From a virus (lineage: Duplodnaviria > Caudoviricetes): a stretch of 54,264 bases of DNA. The translations under genes were made by a program, and so were the position numbers. The notes under the pieces were generated by a model. The model was not told the DNA's origin. It saw only the letters and a list, made by a program, of their open reading frames with translations, and did not search any database. Below are positions 9,501 through 19,024 of the stretch, in pieces. Every line of letters starts with the position of its first letter. Position 1 is the stretch's first letter. The stretch covers positions 1 through 54,264 of IMG/VR virus record IMGVR_UViG_3300011439_000001, one strand, 5' to 3'.

Positions 9501-9987
9501 CTGTAGCTTTGGCCGTACTCATGCCATTAAGCGCAGAGTTAGTTAAACCTATTTCTTTAGTTAATCTCCGCTGCTGGATTCGGAGTTGTTCTTCCTTAGC
9601 TATCAACTTCTGCATACCAGCTTGGGCCTGAGCAATGATAGGTGCAGACTTACCAATAAATCTACCACCTGGGCCTTGTAGCTGTCCTGTTGCAGTAGTT
9701 GCAGCTTGCGTTCTACTGATACCACGTTCAACCATACGTCTATCACGCATAGTACGGGTAAGCTGCTGCTCTAGATTTAGCCTTTGCTTGATAAGTCCTA
9801 CATCACGCGCTAGCGTATCTCTACGAGCAGCAAGCCTATCCGCCTGAATACCCTGCGTTTGTAGACGTCGCTGCAATTGCTGCGTCTTAGAAAGTTTACC
9901 GAGATTTTGAGAAAGGCGATTGAGGTTACGAGACGCATAATCCTGCGTCCTGATAACGAGTACCATTTCTCCAAATCGCATCGGCAT
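6568..9987 (-). CDS. Tape measure protein
   Basis: 1139 aa, helical and Ala/Gly/Leu-rich, with a TP901-like core (VAPAAKAVGLSLEDVAGALA) and TM segments; follows the tail chaperones. Confidence 0.92.
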   Translation of the reverse strand: MPMRFGEMVLVIRTQDYASRNLNRLSQNLGKLSKTQQLQRRLQTQGIQADRLAARRDTLARDVGLIKQRLNLEQQLTRTMRDRRMVERGISRTQAATTATGQLQGPGGRFIGKSAPIIAQAQAGMQKLIAKEEQLRIQQRRLTKEIGLTNSALNGMSTAKATAELKRMERELGFVSRKLRVAQADIAVTKQAMSQLRWDNIHQAGQTVSRFGRVMQLTGLVATGAFVAASNKAAEFSASTTLAATQARNLGRNIGGTAEVLRKSERLQAAIIEQMQKYSNTAEEMSNATYEIFSSLDLMSSKGIVDVNKGLKVLDLANKAAVAGGVSLDDSMKGLIITLNNFDANLDNLTPTLDTMFDIVRFGNIHFSDLTGIMSKVAPAAKAVGLSLEDVAGALAQATRTLPAGTVSAGFSQLLSTFADRNFQEGVRVLSKARLGQTLDITNAGKLKAPLEILRELLTIFPELGRGGLETRRFFKLVTRAGMQSLTGRDTQGREFTIQQRRVFEALVQNFGQVEELQAAILANNGELEKSFQVMMQDPGVQWRVFLSQMRALVLEIGTAALPVILQLADGVQWLINKFHELSPATQDLIVKIGVWGGAGTLLLGIISSLAGGVISLIGSLGLLSKSGGASTIFNVARAAALLKGIGVIGIILLAKWSGNPSAIDFLIGAMSGALAGARLGPAGIVTGAITVPIIMKVMAQDKTPLQQAMDDAKRAAGEAKPLWQQIGRGLTLPSLTGVDFGKPSFDEAAFTQQWQTLIAKAMGTLPPNVNMPIDPAVKALFAKYKDQIPALKKSTESWGDSIARTLKRAGDTTALDEWNKLRQTIPELEDMFGDAGESASGMADAISAAAEQAEQSIDQAAQRMSQIWEQFRQENTQAFGELFSGPFFQSETWSLAEEWDVKPTMKEINKDLQQQIAAFKKWRNTLAKIGRKKGVTPEMVEELRSLGPGAMKFLEVLGNSSGPAWNKFITLSKSKNAEITRATQIDFDKKLQGWFKYGKGIAQQIILGLRSENVALDAAFRKYITDKFPNIVKEAEAAARKEYKRTHPDPPKTGTTGSGGSGSGGGNDNSSNVTVIVYPREGETTIHALKRGAWEYAKGPRSGHGEHTGPPPKGANVRVQRQRRRGRTGPGGPGDLRG

Positions 9988-10001
9988 TTAAATACCTACT
10001 G

Positions 10002-10283
10002 TTACCCTTCTACCTTATGCCTATCTCTATTACGCTTGCGAGTTTTCTCTTTCTCTTCAACACGCTTCTGATGTTCGTCGCTTGCTTCAAACACTTTTTC
10101 AAGCAGCGAAATTTCGTGGGCTGGCTGATCCAGTATCCCACCACCTCTAGGAGTAATATGAAGCTCTTTACACAACCGAGCTATCCGCATCCAGTCTACA
10201 CATTTGCGGACTAGCTCTCTTCCGAAATAGAACTCAGCTTCTCGGGGGTTGTTTCTCCATAAGAGGGCTTGGACGCAGTTGGA
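10002..10283 (-). CDS. Tail assembly chaperone, -1 frameshift extension (gpT-like)
   Basis: Open -1 frame from slippery A-AAT-TTT (10289-10283) runs without a stop into ORF 10002..10190. Confidence 0.8.
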   Translation of the reverse strand, partial: SNCVQALLWRNNPREAEFYFGRELVRKCVDWMRIARLCKELHITPRGGGILDQPAHEISLLEKVFEASDEHQKRVEEKEKTRKRNRDRHKVEG

Positions 10284-10702
10284 AAATTTTCCAATTCGTC
10301 ATCCTCAAACTCTTGATTGAGGTCGTCGATATACTTTCCAATTTCTGCGCCGATCTTAGGATGAAGATTCCTGAATGATTCAGGATTATCGAAGTTAAGG
10401 AGATTTCCGCCACTATCTTCAAGATTGTGTTCAACGATACTATGCTTGAACTCATACTCCATCGTGGCAACATTCATAACTTCCATCATTGCCTTGATAG
10501 TCTCGTCACCCTTCTTCTGTTGTCTACCCGTCGAACGACGTTCCTCCCATCCAATCTTAGCGGCGATATCGCGGCGCTGCATCATCTGATGATAACTAAG
10601 ACGACGTAGTACAACGAATCCACCCATGTCACCATTCTCGGAGGGAAGAGTCTTGAGATCGTAGCGGAAAGTCTCTTCTCTATCAATTGTAGCGCGGGGC
10701 AT
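10211..10702 (-). CDS. Tail assembly chaperone (gpG-like)
   Basis: Lies between tail tube and tape measure and contains an X XXY YYZ slippery heptamer. Confidence 0.85.
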   Translation of the reverse strand: MPRATIDREETFRYDLKTLPSENGDMGGFVVLRRLSYHQMMQRRDIAAKIGWEERRSTGRQQKKGDETIKAMMEVMNVATMEYEFKHSIVEHNLEDSGGNLLNFDNPESFRNLHPKIGAEIGKYIDDLNQEFEDDELENFPTASKPSYGETTPEKLSSISEES

Positions 10703-10725
10703 AACTGTCTCCTGTTCTTTCCTAT

Positions 10726-11715
10726 TTAAGCAATATTGGTAGGTGACTTAACCTTGATGCTATAGGCGTCGCCACCAGCAATACCGATGATGCGTCCCGT
10801 AAAGTCAGCCATAATCAAATCACCCATACCTTCAAGGTTAGGCTCATATGCGTCATAGCTAACACGGTTCGCCTGAAGTGCAACTGCGGAAGTAGCGGCT
10901 GCGAAGTTAGCGCCTCCATTAGTAGACTCTAGCTTGATAGCCCTCGTGGTATTGTTAATCATGTTATCGTAGTCGGTACGATCAATGAAGTCCAGCTCCG
11001 ACTCGATTTCTGCTTCAGTGATTCCGTAGCTGATGTAGCTAGCAGAACGCTGTGCATGAATTCTATTCTGTGCTTCTGCATTGTGATTAGCACGGAACGT
11101 GAATCCATTGAAGTTAACATCGACAGCACCGAACGTAGGCGAAACAGCCGACGCTGCAAGGTAGATACGGTGAGCATCTGCACCAAGCAGATCGGATGCA
11201 ACCCACGTTTCTGTAGGATTAGCCTGAGTTGCTTCAGCTAGACCAAGTGCTTCCATATTGCACCTGAGAATACCATCTTCAACGGTAAACTCAAAGTTAC
11301 CAATCACACAGCCCGTATATCCGAAAACAACTTCGTTACGAACAATTGTGATTGACATAGTACGAGGAACCGCACCGGATGCTGCTGTACTAGCACTACC
11401 CGCAGATGAAGGAGTAAACGTATATTCATACGGGCCAGCACCGGACTTCGCAATGTTATGCCTAGAGGCATAAAGGAAGTATGGAAGGAATCGAGGATCG
11501 GCCTCCATATTAATTGGCCCCTCGATATGATAGTACGATGACTTTACATCGGAGACAATCGACGTTTGCCTAATCTGCTCCGAGTAATACTTTGATTCTG
11601 TGTAAATAAAGTCCTCATCCAAAATGGGGACAAAGACGGTAGGAGCAACATAGGTGCCCATCGTAGACTCTAGAGCAAGACCTACGCTACCACCACCGCC
11701 CAATCCTGCTGGCAT
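10726..11715 (-). CDS. Major tail tube protein
   Basis: 329 aa with VGLALESTMGTYVAP and YTGCVIGNFEF; synteny fits. Confidence 0.85.
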   Translation of the reverse strand: MPAGLGGGGSVGLALESTMGTYVAPTVFVPILDEDFIYTESKYYSEQIRQTSIVSDVKSSYYHIEGPINMEADPRFLPYFLYASRHNIAKSGAGPYEYTFTPSSAGSASTAASGAVPRTMSITIVRNEVVFGYTGCVIGNFEFTVEDGILRCNMEALGLAEATQANPTETWVASDLLGADAHRIYLAASAVSPTFGAVDVNFNGFTFRANHNAEAQNRIHAQRSASYISYGITEAEIESELDFIDRTDYDNMINNTTRAIKLESTNGGANFAAATSAVALQANRVSYDAYEPNLEGMGDLIMADFTGRIIGIAGGDAYSIKVKSPTNIA

Positions 11716-12032
11716 TAGTTATCATCCTCCTCGACAAGTGCTAGGTTGGATTCTTCCGCTTCCTCTGCAACTACAGAACGATCAGGGCCAGTGTTACTCT
11801 CAACAATGATCCCTTCAAGGTCTTTGCTACTAAGTGTAGAACTACCAGTAACCTTAACGAACTGATTACCCTCAAGAACCTGTCTCGTAGGCATCTGTCG
11901 TTTGGAGACTAGCAATCGCTCCTGTTCTTCGGTGAGTTCAACCTTACCCTTGTTCTTAATCGAAATACCAGCAAGATCAAACTCTACATCTTTCTCGAAT
12001 TCAGGATGGTCGATTTCAACAGTTAGAGTCAT
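11715..12032 (-). CDS. Hypothetical virion protein
   Basis: Strong RBS, coupled to the tail tube gene. Confidence 0.7.
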   Translation of the reverse strand: MTLTVEIDHPEFEKDVEFDLAGISIKNKGKVELTEEQERLLVSKRQMPTRQVLEGNQFVKVTGSSTLSSKDLEGIIVESNTGPDRSVVAEEAEESNLALVEEDDN

Positions 12033-12044
12033 TCCTCCCTCCCG

Positions 12045-12503
12045 TTAACCGATTTCATATGGAACACGGTTTTCACCAGTCCATACTAGTCGGGTTGCAA
12101 TAACAGCATTACCCTTCGACGAAGATACACGACCGATCACAATAGGCGTCATACTTTCTACCCAACACTGAATCATATGACCACCACAGCTACGATCGTC
12201 ATTCAAGAACTTCTCCAGATTCCTGGCGAGAACCATATCTTCTCTAGTACGGATTCTTCTACCACGGTTGAGGTTTGCGTGGAACACCCACAGATCGCAA
12301 GCGAACTCTCTACGATATTGTCGAGTAGCATGGAGAGTCGTGTTAACGGGACGCTCTGCTGTGAGTACACAAGCCGGGTACTGAGGTAAAAGTTGCTCGT
12401 CTCCATAAGTAACGTGTTTAAGACCTAGCTCCGTTTTGTTATTGTCGATTCGATCATGGAGATAGTCGAGTACCTGTAGAATATCATAAAAGTCTTGTGC
12501 CAT
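12045..12503 (-). CDS. Tail terminator / completion protein (putative)
   Basis: 152 aa with YPACVL; positioned before the tail tube. Confidence 0.6.
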   Translation of the reverse strand: MAQDFYDILQVLDYLHDRIDNNKTELGLKHVTYGDEQLLPQYPACVLTAERPVNTTLHATRQYRREFACDLWVFHANLNRGRRIRTREDMVLARNLEKFLNDDRSCGGHMIQCWVESMTPIVIGRVSSSKGNAVIATRLVWTGENRVPYEIG

Positions 12504-13231
12504 TAGTTATTAGGCATGAACCGACCAGCACCAGGCTGACCTTTAGGAATTCTACGACGGCCAAATGTGCGGCCTTTCGACGACGTGAATGTTTCTACCG
12601 TAGCATGCTTCTCTAGAATGTCATTGAACCACTCTTCAAATACTTCAAGTACCTGAAGTTCTGCTTCACCTGACATTCCAAGGAATTGTCGTTGTGGTAG
12701 AGGCTGCTCTCTATCTGGCAAACCATCTTGGTGCCATTCCCAATAGGGAGGCATTCCTGCTGTAGTAAAATAAAGCGAATCGTTATTGACTCCACGTTCC
12801 GCCTCAATGATGAATCTATTTTCATCGGTAGCAGCAGCTTTAAGAATGCCCCGCCAATTGAGAATTTTACCACTGTGTCCTGGCGGCAGATTTTCTGCAT
12901 AACCTCTTAGTTGCATTGATCTTCCTGTTGCGGGATCAGTATAAACGTCTCTAACTCTTCTACCTGTGGCCTCTTGAATATGTGTTGCACTAGACCAAGG
13001 TGTCCACGGCTGTCCCTGTGGATCATGTTCACCTTCAAAGTTCGCTTCAATATCCCTAGCAATAACGCCTCTTGAAATTGCAAGCGGAATAGTACGATTC
13101 TCTAGATCGTCTCTGACTTCAAGAACCTTCTCACTAAATACAAGAGGATCAGGAACCCACTCAAATTCAACTACGGCACCAGCCTGCGTACCATACTTGG
13201 ATAGTTGTGCGCCACTGAATGTTCTAGGCAT
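12503..13231 (-). CDS. Virion morphogenesis protein (Mu gpG / tail S-like)
   Basis: NFEGEHDPQGQPWTPWS, KILNWRGILK, HQDG and LPQRQFLGMS motifs. Confidence 0.8.
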   Translation of the reverse strand: MPRTFSGAQLSKYGTQAGAVVEFEWVPDPLVFSEKVLEVRDDLENRTIPLAISRGVIARDIEANFEGEHDPQGQPWTPWSSATHIQEATGRRVRDVYTDPATGRSMQLRGYAENLPPGHSGKILNWRGILKAAATDENRFIIEAERGVNNDSLYFTTAGMPPYWEWHQDGLPDREQPLPQRQFLGMSGEAELQVLEVFEEWFNDILEKHATVETFTSSKGRTFGRRRIPKGQPGAGRFMPNN

Positions 13232-13235
13232 GAAG

Positions 13236-13676
13236 TTAGAACCTTGAACTCATAGTGAACTTAGGAGGATCAGTATTAGGATCATTCGGATAGAACAAAT
13301 CGGTAGTTAGAGCAACACCACCGGGAGGTGCATCAGGATCAACTACAATATCACCATTAATGATCGACTGTAGCATCATCATAGCTTCATTGTACTTGAA
13401 CTGTGCATACTGTGGATCGTCGAGTGAATCTTCTGAGTAACGCCGACGATAGATAAATGCAGCACCAAGGCGTCCCCCGATAGCACGAATTATACTAGGT
13501 GTGCTATCGGGGTCTACCCACAATGCCATTTCTACTGCATCGACATGACCTGCTAGATATCCTCTAATGATGCGTTCGATATCTTCCCTGATTTCTTCAA
13601 GTAGATCACCTTCTTCTGCCGAGATTTTATCGGTTGGAAGATGAACATTGATATCGTTATCATCAACGAGGCTCAT
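13236..13676 (-). CDS. Head-tail adaptor (Mu gp36/DUF1320-like)
   Basis: IRGYL...PSIIRAI...YNEAMMMLQSIING pattern; synteny fits. Confidence 0.7.
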   Translation of the reverse strand: MSLVDDNDINVHLPTDKISAEEGDLLEEIREDIERIIRGYLAGHVDAVEMALWVDPDSTPSIIRAIGGRLGAAFIYRRRYSEDSLDDPQYAQFKYNEAMMMLQSIINGDIVVDPDAPPGGVALTTDLFYPNDPNTDPPKFTMSSRF

Positions 13677-13680
13677 TTAT

Positions 13681-14151
13681 CTACTTTGCTTCCTCTTCAC
13701 TAACTTCCTCTACACCTTCGGGAAGTAGTGCATCATCATTACCTAGCAGCACATCTTCAGGATTCGGGCCAAAGACCTGAGTTCCCACAACGCTCGCTCT
13801 TACCAGTCTATCTTCAACGGACTCAGCAGCAATATCACTCTCTGCTGCTTCCAGTTCTGCTCTTGCCTTTTCGATGACGAAGGTAACAGGAGACATACCT
13901 CTAGCAACGTCACCTTCGTAACCATCAGGAAGAGGATAGTTACGAACAGAACCATTTTTCTTCCATTCGTCAAACTCTTCCTCACTAACACCGAACGCTT
14001 CAACATCACTCGCAGAAACTTCGCTGCCTCTACTAATGATGTTTCTACTGTGGATGATTCGACGGCCCAAACGTGTTTCCTCTGACTCTCCGCCACAATA
14101 GAGGTCAGACCATGCGTAGAACTTTTCTGCTGCTTTCCTTGGACGTGCCAT
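13681..14151 (-). CDS. Hypothetical head-associated protein
   Basis: Strong RBS directly after the major capsid gene. Confidence 0.75.
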   Translation of the reverse strand: MARPRKAAEKFYAWSDLYCGGESEETRLGRRIIHSRNIISRGSEVSASDVEAFGVSEEEFDEWKKNGSVRNYPLPDGYEGDVARGMSPVTFVIEKARAELEAAESDIAAESVEDRLVRASVVGTQVFGPNPEDVLLGNDDALLPEGVEEVSEEEAK

Positions 14152-14172
14152 GTTGTTCGTCTAACCTCCTTC

Positions 14173-15186
14173 CTAGAATGCCGTCGCGCTAAATGCGGTC
14201 TTGATGAGATAACCAGCCATAGAAGTAGTGATCTTGGGATCGTACTGCCAAGTAGTGCGAACGAGGTCGCTCTTACGAGACTCTTCCCTCCATCTTTCCG
14301 TAGGCATTAGTTCTCCACCAGGGCCGCTAGGCGGCCACATGAAGGTCTTACCAAATGAGAGGTCACGACGCGAAAGTCCAGGCTTGACATATCCAAGCCA
14401 AACGTCCTTACCCCACATAGACACAAGGTTTTCCGTTGCATCAATGTTGTTAACGTCGTTATAGACAACATCGCCGAAAACGACTTTGCCCTCAAAACCA
14501 GTCAACTGGCCAAAAGCGTTTTCATTCGTCAATGCGAAGTTGGAGAAACGAGCAACAACATCAGGATGATTCTCAAGCCACGTTACACCAAGTCGCGGAA
14601 TGAGCATTGTGTTCGGGGCAATACCAATCGAGGAAGTAATCTCGATGATCGCTGCACGAATGATATCAATAGGATTGGAAGTTGCACCTGCATAGTTATC
14701 CCACTGATCGGCAGCGGCCAGAGTAACAGTGTTCCCTGTGGTGTAGTTGGCTGCATTGCGAACCAACGTCGAAATGAGAAGTTCGGCCTTCAGACTAAGG
14801 CTAGACTTAACGAGTGCCGCTGCATCCTCTTCCGGGTCAATATCCAAAGCACCCGTAGTAGAGTTGTTAGCATTGACACCGCCAAGTGCTCTTGCGTATG
14901 CCTCCTCTTCATCGGCAACAGCGGCCTGTAGAGAACGCTGAACAGTCTTGAATGTATCAGCACTCCACTTTCCACCACGAACTTCATTAGCAACCGTTCC
15001 CGGCTCACGTCTATCGGGGAAGATTACGCGGTTAGAACGATCGAACGTCCTATATGAACCAAAAGGACTACCTGCTTCGACCTGCGGCATAATCTCGAAA
15101 CCTACGAGATTTTCCGGCTCAAAGCCTGTCGAGAACTCGGTAAGGTATGCATCAACTACCAAGCCGCTCGGATCGTACATTGGCAT
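14173..15186 (-). CDS. Major capsid protein (capsid E-like)
   Basis: 337 aa with WDNYAGATSNPIDII, PNTML, SFGKTF and AGYLIK; follows the protease and decoration genes. Confidence 0.88.
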   Translation of the reverse strand: MPMYDPSGLVVDAYLTEFSTGFEPENLVGFEIMPQVEAGSPFGSYRTFDRSNRVIFPDRREPGTVANEVRGGKWSADTFKTVQRSLQAAVADEEEAYARALGGVNANNSTTGALDIDPEEDAAALVKSSLSLKAELLISTLVRNAANYTTGNTVTLAAADQWDNYAGATSNPIDIIRAAIIEITSSIGIAPNTMLIPRLGVTWLENHPDVVARFSNFALTNENAFGQLTGFEGKVVFGDVVYNDVNNIDATENLVSMWGKDVWLGYVKPGLSRRDLSFGKTFMWPPSGPGGELMPTERWREESRKSDLVRTTWQYDPKITTSMAGYLIKTAFSATAF

Positions 15187-15204
15187 TAGTTGTAACCCTC
15201 CCTT

Positions 15205-15594
15205 CTAAGCCGTAGGATCGCCGTTAAGTGACAGATGAACTCTTGCGCGCTGACCAGTTGCAGTAGTAGGTTCAACAACCCACCCATGAATCTTCTCGCC
15301 TGCACCAGCAGCATTGATCGTGCCGTTGTTGCCAATTGTAACTCTAGTACCAACTGCGAGAGCTTCAGTACACTCCCACTCAGTATCGCCTTCAACAGCA
15401 ATAACACAACCCTTACCCTCAAGGATTTCTCCTGCTGTAACATCGACCTGTGCAACACCAGCAACAATGTCAGCAGCAGCAGTAACAGGAGTTACAGTCT
15501 CTTCAGCAGAGAACTTAACTGCACGAAACTTCGTGATAGCTGCGGCAGCATCGTAACCCTTGTCCTGCATGTAGTTCCTAGTTCTTGCGGTCAT
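15205..15594 (-). CDS. Capsid cement/decoration protein (DUF2190-like)
   Basis: 129 aa, Ala/Gly/Val-rich (AAAAITKFRAVK...GVAQ), upstream of the major capsid gene. Confidence 0.75.
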   Translation of the reverse strand: MTARTRNYMQDKGYDAAAAITKFRAVKFSAEETVTPVTAAADIVAGVAQVDVTAGEILEGKGCVIAVEGDTEWECTEALAVGTRVTIGNNGTINAAGAGEKIHGWVVEPTTATGQRARVHLSLNGDPTA

Positions 15595-15618
15595 ATCTAA
15601 GTATACCCTCCCTTCAAC

Positions 15619-17403
15619 TTACCGACGGATATGGCCGGTCTTATATGCTTCGGCCAATTCGGGATTACGCTGACCCAAGAGCTTAATAGCAGCCTTGCGA
15701 TCAACACCGTCATCTTCCATAATCGTCTTGATCTGCTCTGCAAACGTATCACGGATTTCCTTAACACCCATCTGTGCAACGCTTGCAACAGGACGATCAT
15801 CGCTACGAGCGGAACCACGTTCGCTGTAATCAACTGCACCAGTCTCGGCAATTGAATCAAGCAGACTTGCAACGTCACTTTCCTGAAGCTGCTTACGAGA
15901 CATTTTCAGATGAATGTCCTCAATGTTGCTAAGGACACGTCCCGAGAATCCATGAGTGGACTTCTTAACGGTATCGTTCTCCTTGATTTCAAACCGTTCC
16001 CAACGCGATGCGAATGCGCGAGCCTCATTCTCTTCATCACGCTCAAGAAGTTCACGGAACTTATCGTACTCTGCGGGATAATCCTTTGCGAAACTTCTAC
16101 GCTTTTCAGCTTCCGCTGCTGCCTCATTAAGAGGAACAACAACTTCGCTTACTTCACTAGTAATCGACGCAAACAACTCAGCATCCTCAACATTCTCATG
16201 CGGGACACCGAGAAGATTTGCGAGTGCTACTAGCTGTGTACGATCCATAGCACTCCCTTTCAAGCTAGACTTACTGCCTTTTTGATTAGGTGGAGGTTGA
16301 TCTGTAATAGGCGGAAATGAAGGTTGCAAGTTGCCTGGAACTCTCCAGCCACCTGTAACTGCGGGATCATCTTCCATTTGTGGTGTCCTAGGAATAGGCT
16401 CGCCTTGCGTCCCAGGATCAGCATGTTCCAAATCTGGCTCAAACGTATTATTACTGTTACTGTCTGTAGCAATATCAAGTAGAGTACCAAGAGCTTTAAA
16501 TTGTACTCCCTTTCGACTGAGCGCAGACATTGCTGCTACGGCTGAAGCGTTACCAACAACACCCCCATTCTCGGACATTTCTCCGATAAGAGATTCATAT
16601 GTCTTAATGCCGTCAACCATTCCAACTCTGACGGCTTCTCTTGGTGATACAATACCACCATCACCAAAATTTTGTCTAACATCATCAAAGCTCTTGCCGC
16701 GACCCATTGCAACTTCGTTAACGAAATCAAGATAACAGTCATCGACCATATCCTGAAGGTTCTTACGAGTCGTATCATTAAGAGGTTCTTCGCCGGCTGC
16801 TTTTGCAGAACCAGCTTTAATAACAGTCTTGGTAATACCCTTACTCTTCTCCTGTTCACTATAGTCCATATGAACTTGATAGACTCCTAGTGAACCAGTT
16901 AGACCTGAATCAGTAATGTAGAACTCACTACCCTGTGACGCAATCCACAAAGCAGCAGATGCAGCCATTGTATTGGCAATAGTAATAACTGGCTTAACAT
17001 CGCGCGCCTCTCTAATCTCACGCGCTGTCTCCATTACTAGATCAGCCACACCACCAGGAGAATCAATATTAACCAAAATGCTACCGACGCTAGGATTGCT
17101 AACAAGAGTCCGAAATTCATTACGGAACGTCTCCAATGAAGTTGCGCCACTTAGCTCTGTCATCAAGTTGGCTTTAGGAAAGATTGGCCCTTCAAGACTA
17201 AGGACGCCGACACCATCAATAATCTGTGGGCCGTTTTCTATTGACGAGTCATCTAAATCAAGCAAACTAATATGACGTTTAATCTCATCTTCATCTTCGT
17301 GCATATGACGTTCAAGAATTCCAAGAACGCCACGAATAGCATCCTCCGTCATAAGCCACGGAGTGCTATTAATCTTACTGACGATGCGGGCGAAGTTTCT
17401 CAC
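15619..17403 (-). CDS. S49 (SppA/ClpP-like) prohead protease fused to a scaffold domain
   Basis: IDSPGG, MAASAALWIAS, GSLGV, KAGSAKA and GMVDGI, followed by a long helical C-terminus. Confidence 0.9.
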   Translation of the reverse strand: MRNFARIVSKINSTPWLMTEDAIRGVLGILERHMHEDEDEIKRHISLLDLDDSSIENGPQIIDGVGVLSLEGPIFPKANLMTELSGATSLETFRNEFRTLVSNPSVGSILVNIDSPGGVADLVMETAREIREARDVKPVITIANTMAASAALWIASQGSEFYITDSGLTGSLGVYQVHMDYSEQEKSKGITKTVIKAGSAKAAGEEPLNDTTRKNLQDMVDDCYLDFVNEVAMGRGKSFDDVRQNFGDGGIVSPREAVRVGMVDGIKTYESLIGEMSENGGVVGNASAVAAMSALSRKGVQFKALGTLLDIATDSNSNNTFEPDLEHADPGTQGEPIPRTPQMEDDPAVTGGWRVPGNLQPSFPPITDQPPPNQKGSKSSLKGSAMDRTQLVALANLLGVPHENVEDAELFASITSEVSEVVVPLNEAAAEAEKRRSFAKDYPAEYDKFRELLERDEENEARAFASRWERFEIKENDTVKKSTHGFSGRVLSNIEDIHLKMSRKQLQESDVASLLDSIAETGAVDYSERGSARSDDRPVASVAQMGVKEIRDTFAEQIKTIMEDDGVDRKAAIKLLGQRNPELAEAYKTGHIRR

Positions 17404-17540
17404 TTCTTACCCTTACCCTTTTGGCTAGCTTTGATAGCCCGACCTTGCTTAGCAGCCTTTGCTTTGGCTCCACTTCCATAATAGGTCTTACCTTTCTTTC
17501 CATATCTATAGCCACCACCTTTAGTCCGTTTAACAGGCAT
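17400..17540 (-). CDS. Small very basic protein (46 aa)
   Basis: Read manually as MPVKRTKGGGYRYGKKGKTYYGSGAKAKAAKQGRAIKASQKGKGKK; GTGA overlap with the protease start. Confidence 0.75.
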   Translation of the reverse strand: MPVKRTKGGGYRYGKKGKTYYGSGAKAKAAKQGRAIKASQKGKGKK

Positions 17541-17545
17541 ATCTA

Positions 17546-19021
17546 TCAACCCGAATCATCCGTTGGCGCACCCATATTGCCTCCATCGGATGCATCTTCT
17601 GAACCTTGAACATCACCCTTATTAGCTTGTGTATCAGAAGTATTATTAGCTTCGGGAGTTTGCCGTCCGCCCGTCTTAGGTGGAGCATCAACAATAGAAC
17701 GAACCCATTGCTCAAACTCTAGATCAACAGTAATTGCATTACGAGCAATGAGGTTTGCCATACCGGATGCCCACTGTTGCATATCCTTCGTCTCACCAAT
17801 GTTCTTGACCTGCAACGTTGGGAATCTATCAGTATCGAAGTTGTATGCGACAAGCTGTGGAATAAGATAGAAGTTAATCCACTCACAGATTAGATTGCCA
17901 ACGTAACGTAGTGACTTAGTAAACGTGTCCTGATGTGAACCTGCGGTAGCTCTACCTCCACCGCCTCCTGTAACTGATAGACCCATGAGAAGGAACTGAA
18001 CCATCACGTTAAGCATAATCATGCCATTGTGATGTTCAATCGACTTCATCACGTCAACGGGCTGTCCCGGCAATTCTGCAAATCGGAAAACAAAGCCAGG
18101 AGGTAGAACCATCCCGCCGAATTCATTAGTGCGAACATTCTGCACTAGCAGCTTGGCGGCAACAATTTCACTAGCACTAGCTCCGGGGGGAGCTTCAACA
18201 ACTGGAAAGCCCATACCGTGACGTTCCTTCTGAATACCGTCAATCTTGTATAGGTTATCCTTGTAGTACCAAGGCTGATACGCAGTACGCAACAGAGACT
18301 TACCTTCTAGATTCCCACCCTTTTTATTGAAGCTAAAGATGACCAACTTATCAATAGCAATTTCTACCTCTTCAAACTTGCGATCAGCTCTTACAGCACG
18401 ATGGATAACACCAGTAGGACCACCGTTGTCATCATACTTAATCTCTTTAATAGTAGGACTCGGACGCGGAGCAAGTTTCTTGAGCATAGTATATTTGCGT
18501 CTGTTCGCCCTGTTACGGTCAGGCGCCCATTCGCGTAGCTCATAAACTTTCTCAAAGACGCTGAATCCGTACTCATACATACGAAGGATATCTTCAAGAA
18601 TCAAAAGGAATGGTGCGGAAGTTCCTTTGAGTAGATTAAACTCAACGAACCTCGCAATGTCCATGTTCTCTGGATCATCATTAAATGGCTGGATGAAGAA
18701 CATGGCGCCCATAATGGGCATCTTACCTGCACGAAGAGATACGTCAATGGCAGGATCAGAGTTAGCCATTGTATCGTAGATACCAACGGCTTGTGCAAGA
18801 CTGCCGAGTTGTGGAACGGCGTCTCTAGTTAGTCCACCACGCGATGATCCCGACTCATTATAAGAGCTTGCATCTACTTCGATTGAACCTTTGCCCTCAG
18901 TAGTAAGAGTGGTACCGGACTCTCTCTTACGAGGATCAGGTTCAGCTAGTTGACGGACGGGAGACGTATACACCGACAAGTCGGTTTCTTTACGAAGTTT
19001 GAATCTATCAGTTAGGGCCAT
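17546..19021 (-). CDS. Portal protein (DUF935/Mu gp29-like)
   Basis: YGFSVFEKVY, GKSLLRTAY, ERHGMGFPV and LIPQLVAYNF; follows the terminase. Confidence 0.9.
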   Translation of the reverse strand: MALTDRFKLRKETDLSVYTSPVRQLAEPDPRKRESGTTLTTEGKGSIEVDASSYNESGSSRGGLTRDAVPQLGSLAQAVGIYDTMANSDPAIDVSLRAGKMPIMGAMFFIQPFNDDPENMDIARFVEFNLLKGTSAPFLLILEDILRMYEYGFSVFEKVYELREWAPDRNRANRRKYTMLKKLAPRPSPTIKEIKYDDNGGPTGVIHRAVRADRKFEEVEIAIDKLVIFSFNKKGGNLEGKSLLRTAYQPWYYKDNLYKIDGIQKERHGMGFPVVEAPPGASASEIVAAKLLVQNVRTNEFGGMVLPPGFVFRFAELPGQPVDVMKSIEHHNGMIMLNVMVQFLLMGLSVTGGGGGRATAGSHQDTFTKSLRYVGNLICEWINFYLIPQLVAYNFDTDRFPTLQVKNIGETKDMQQWASGMANLIARNAITVDLEFEQWVRSIVDAPPKTGGRQTPEANNTSDTQANKGDVQGSEDASDGGNMGAPTDDSG

Positions 19022-19024
19022 ATA

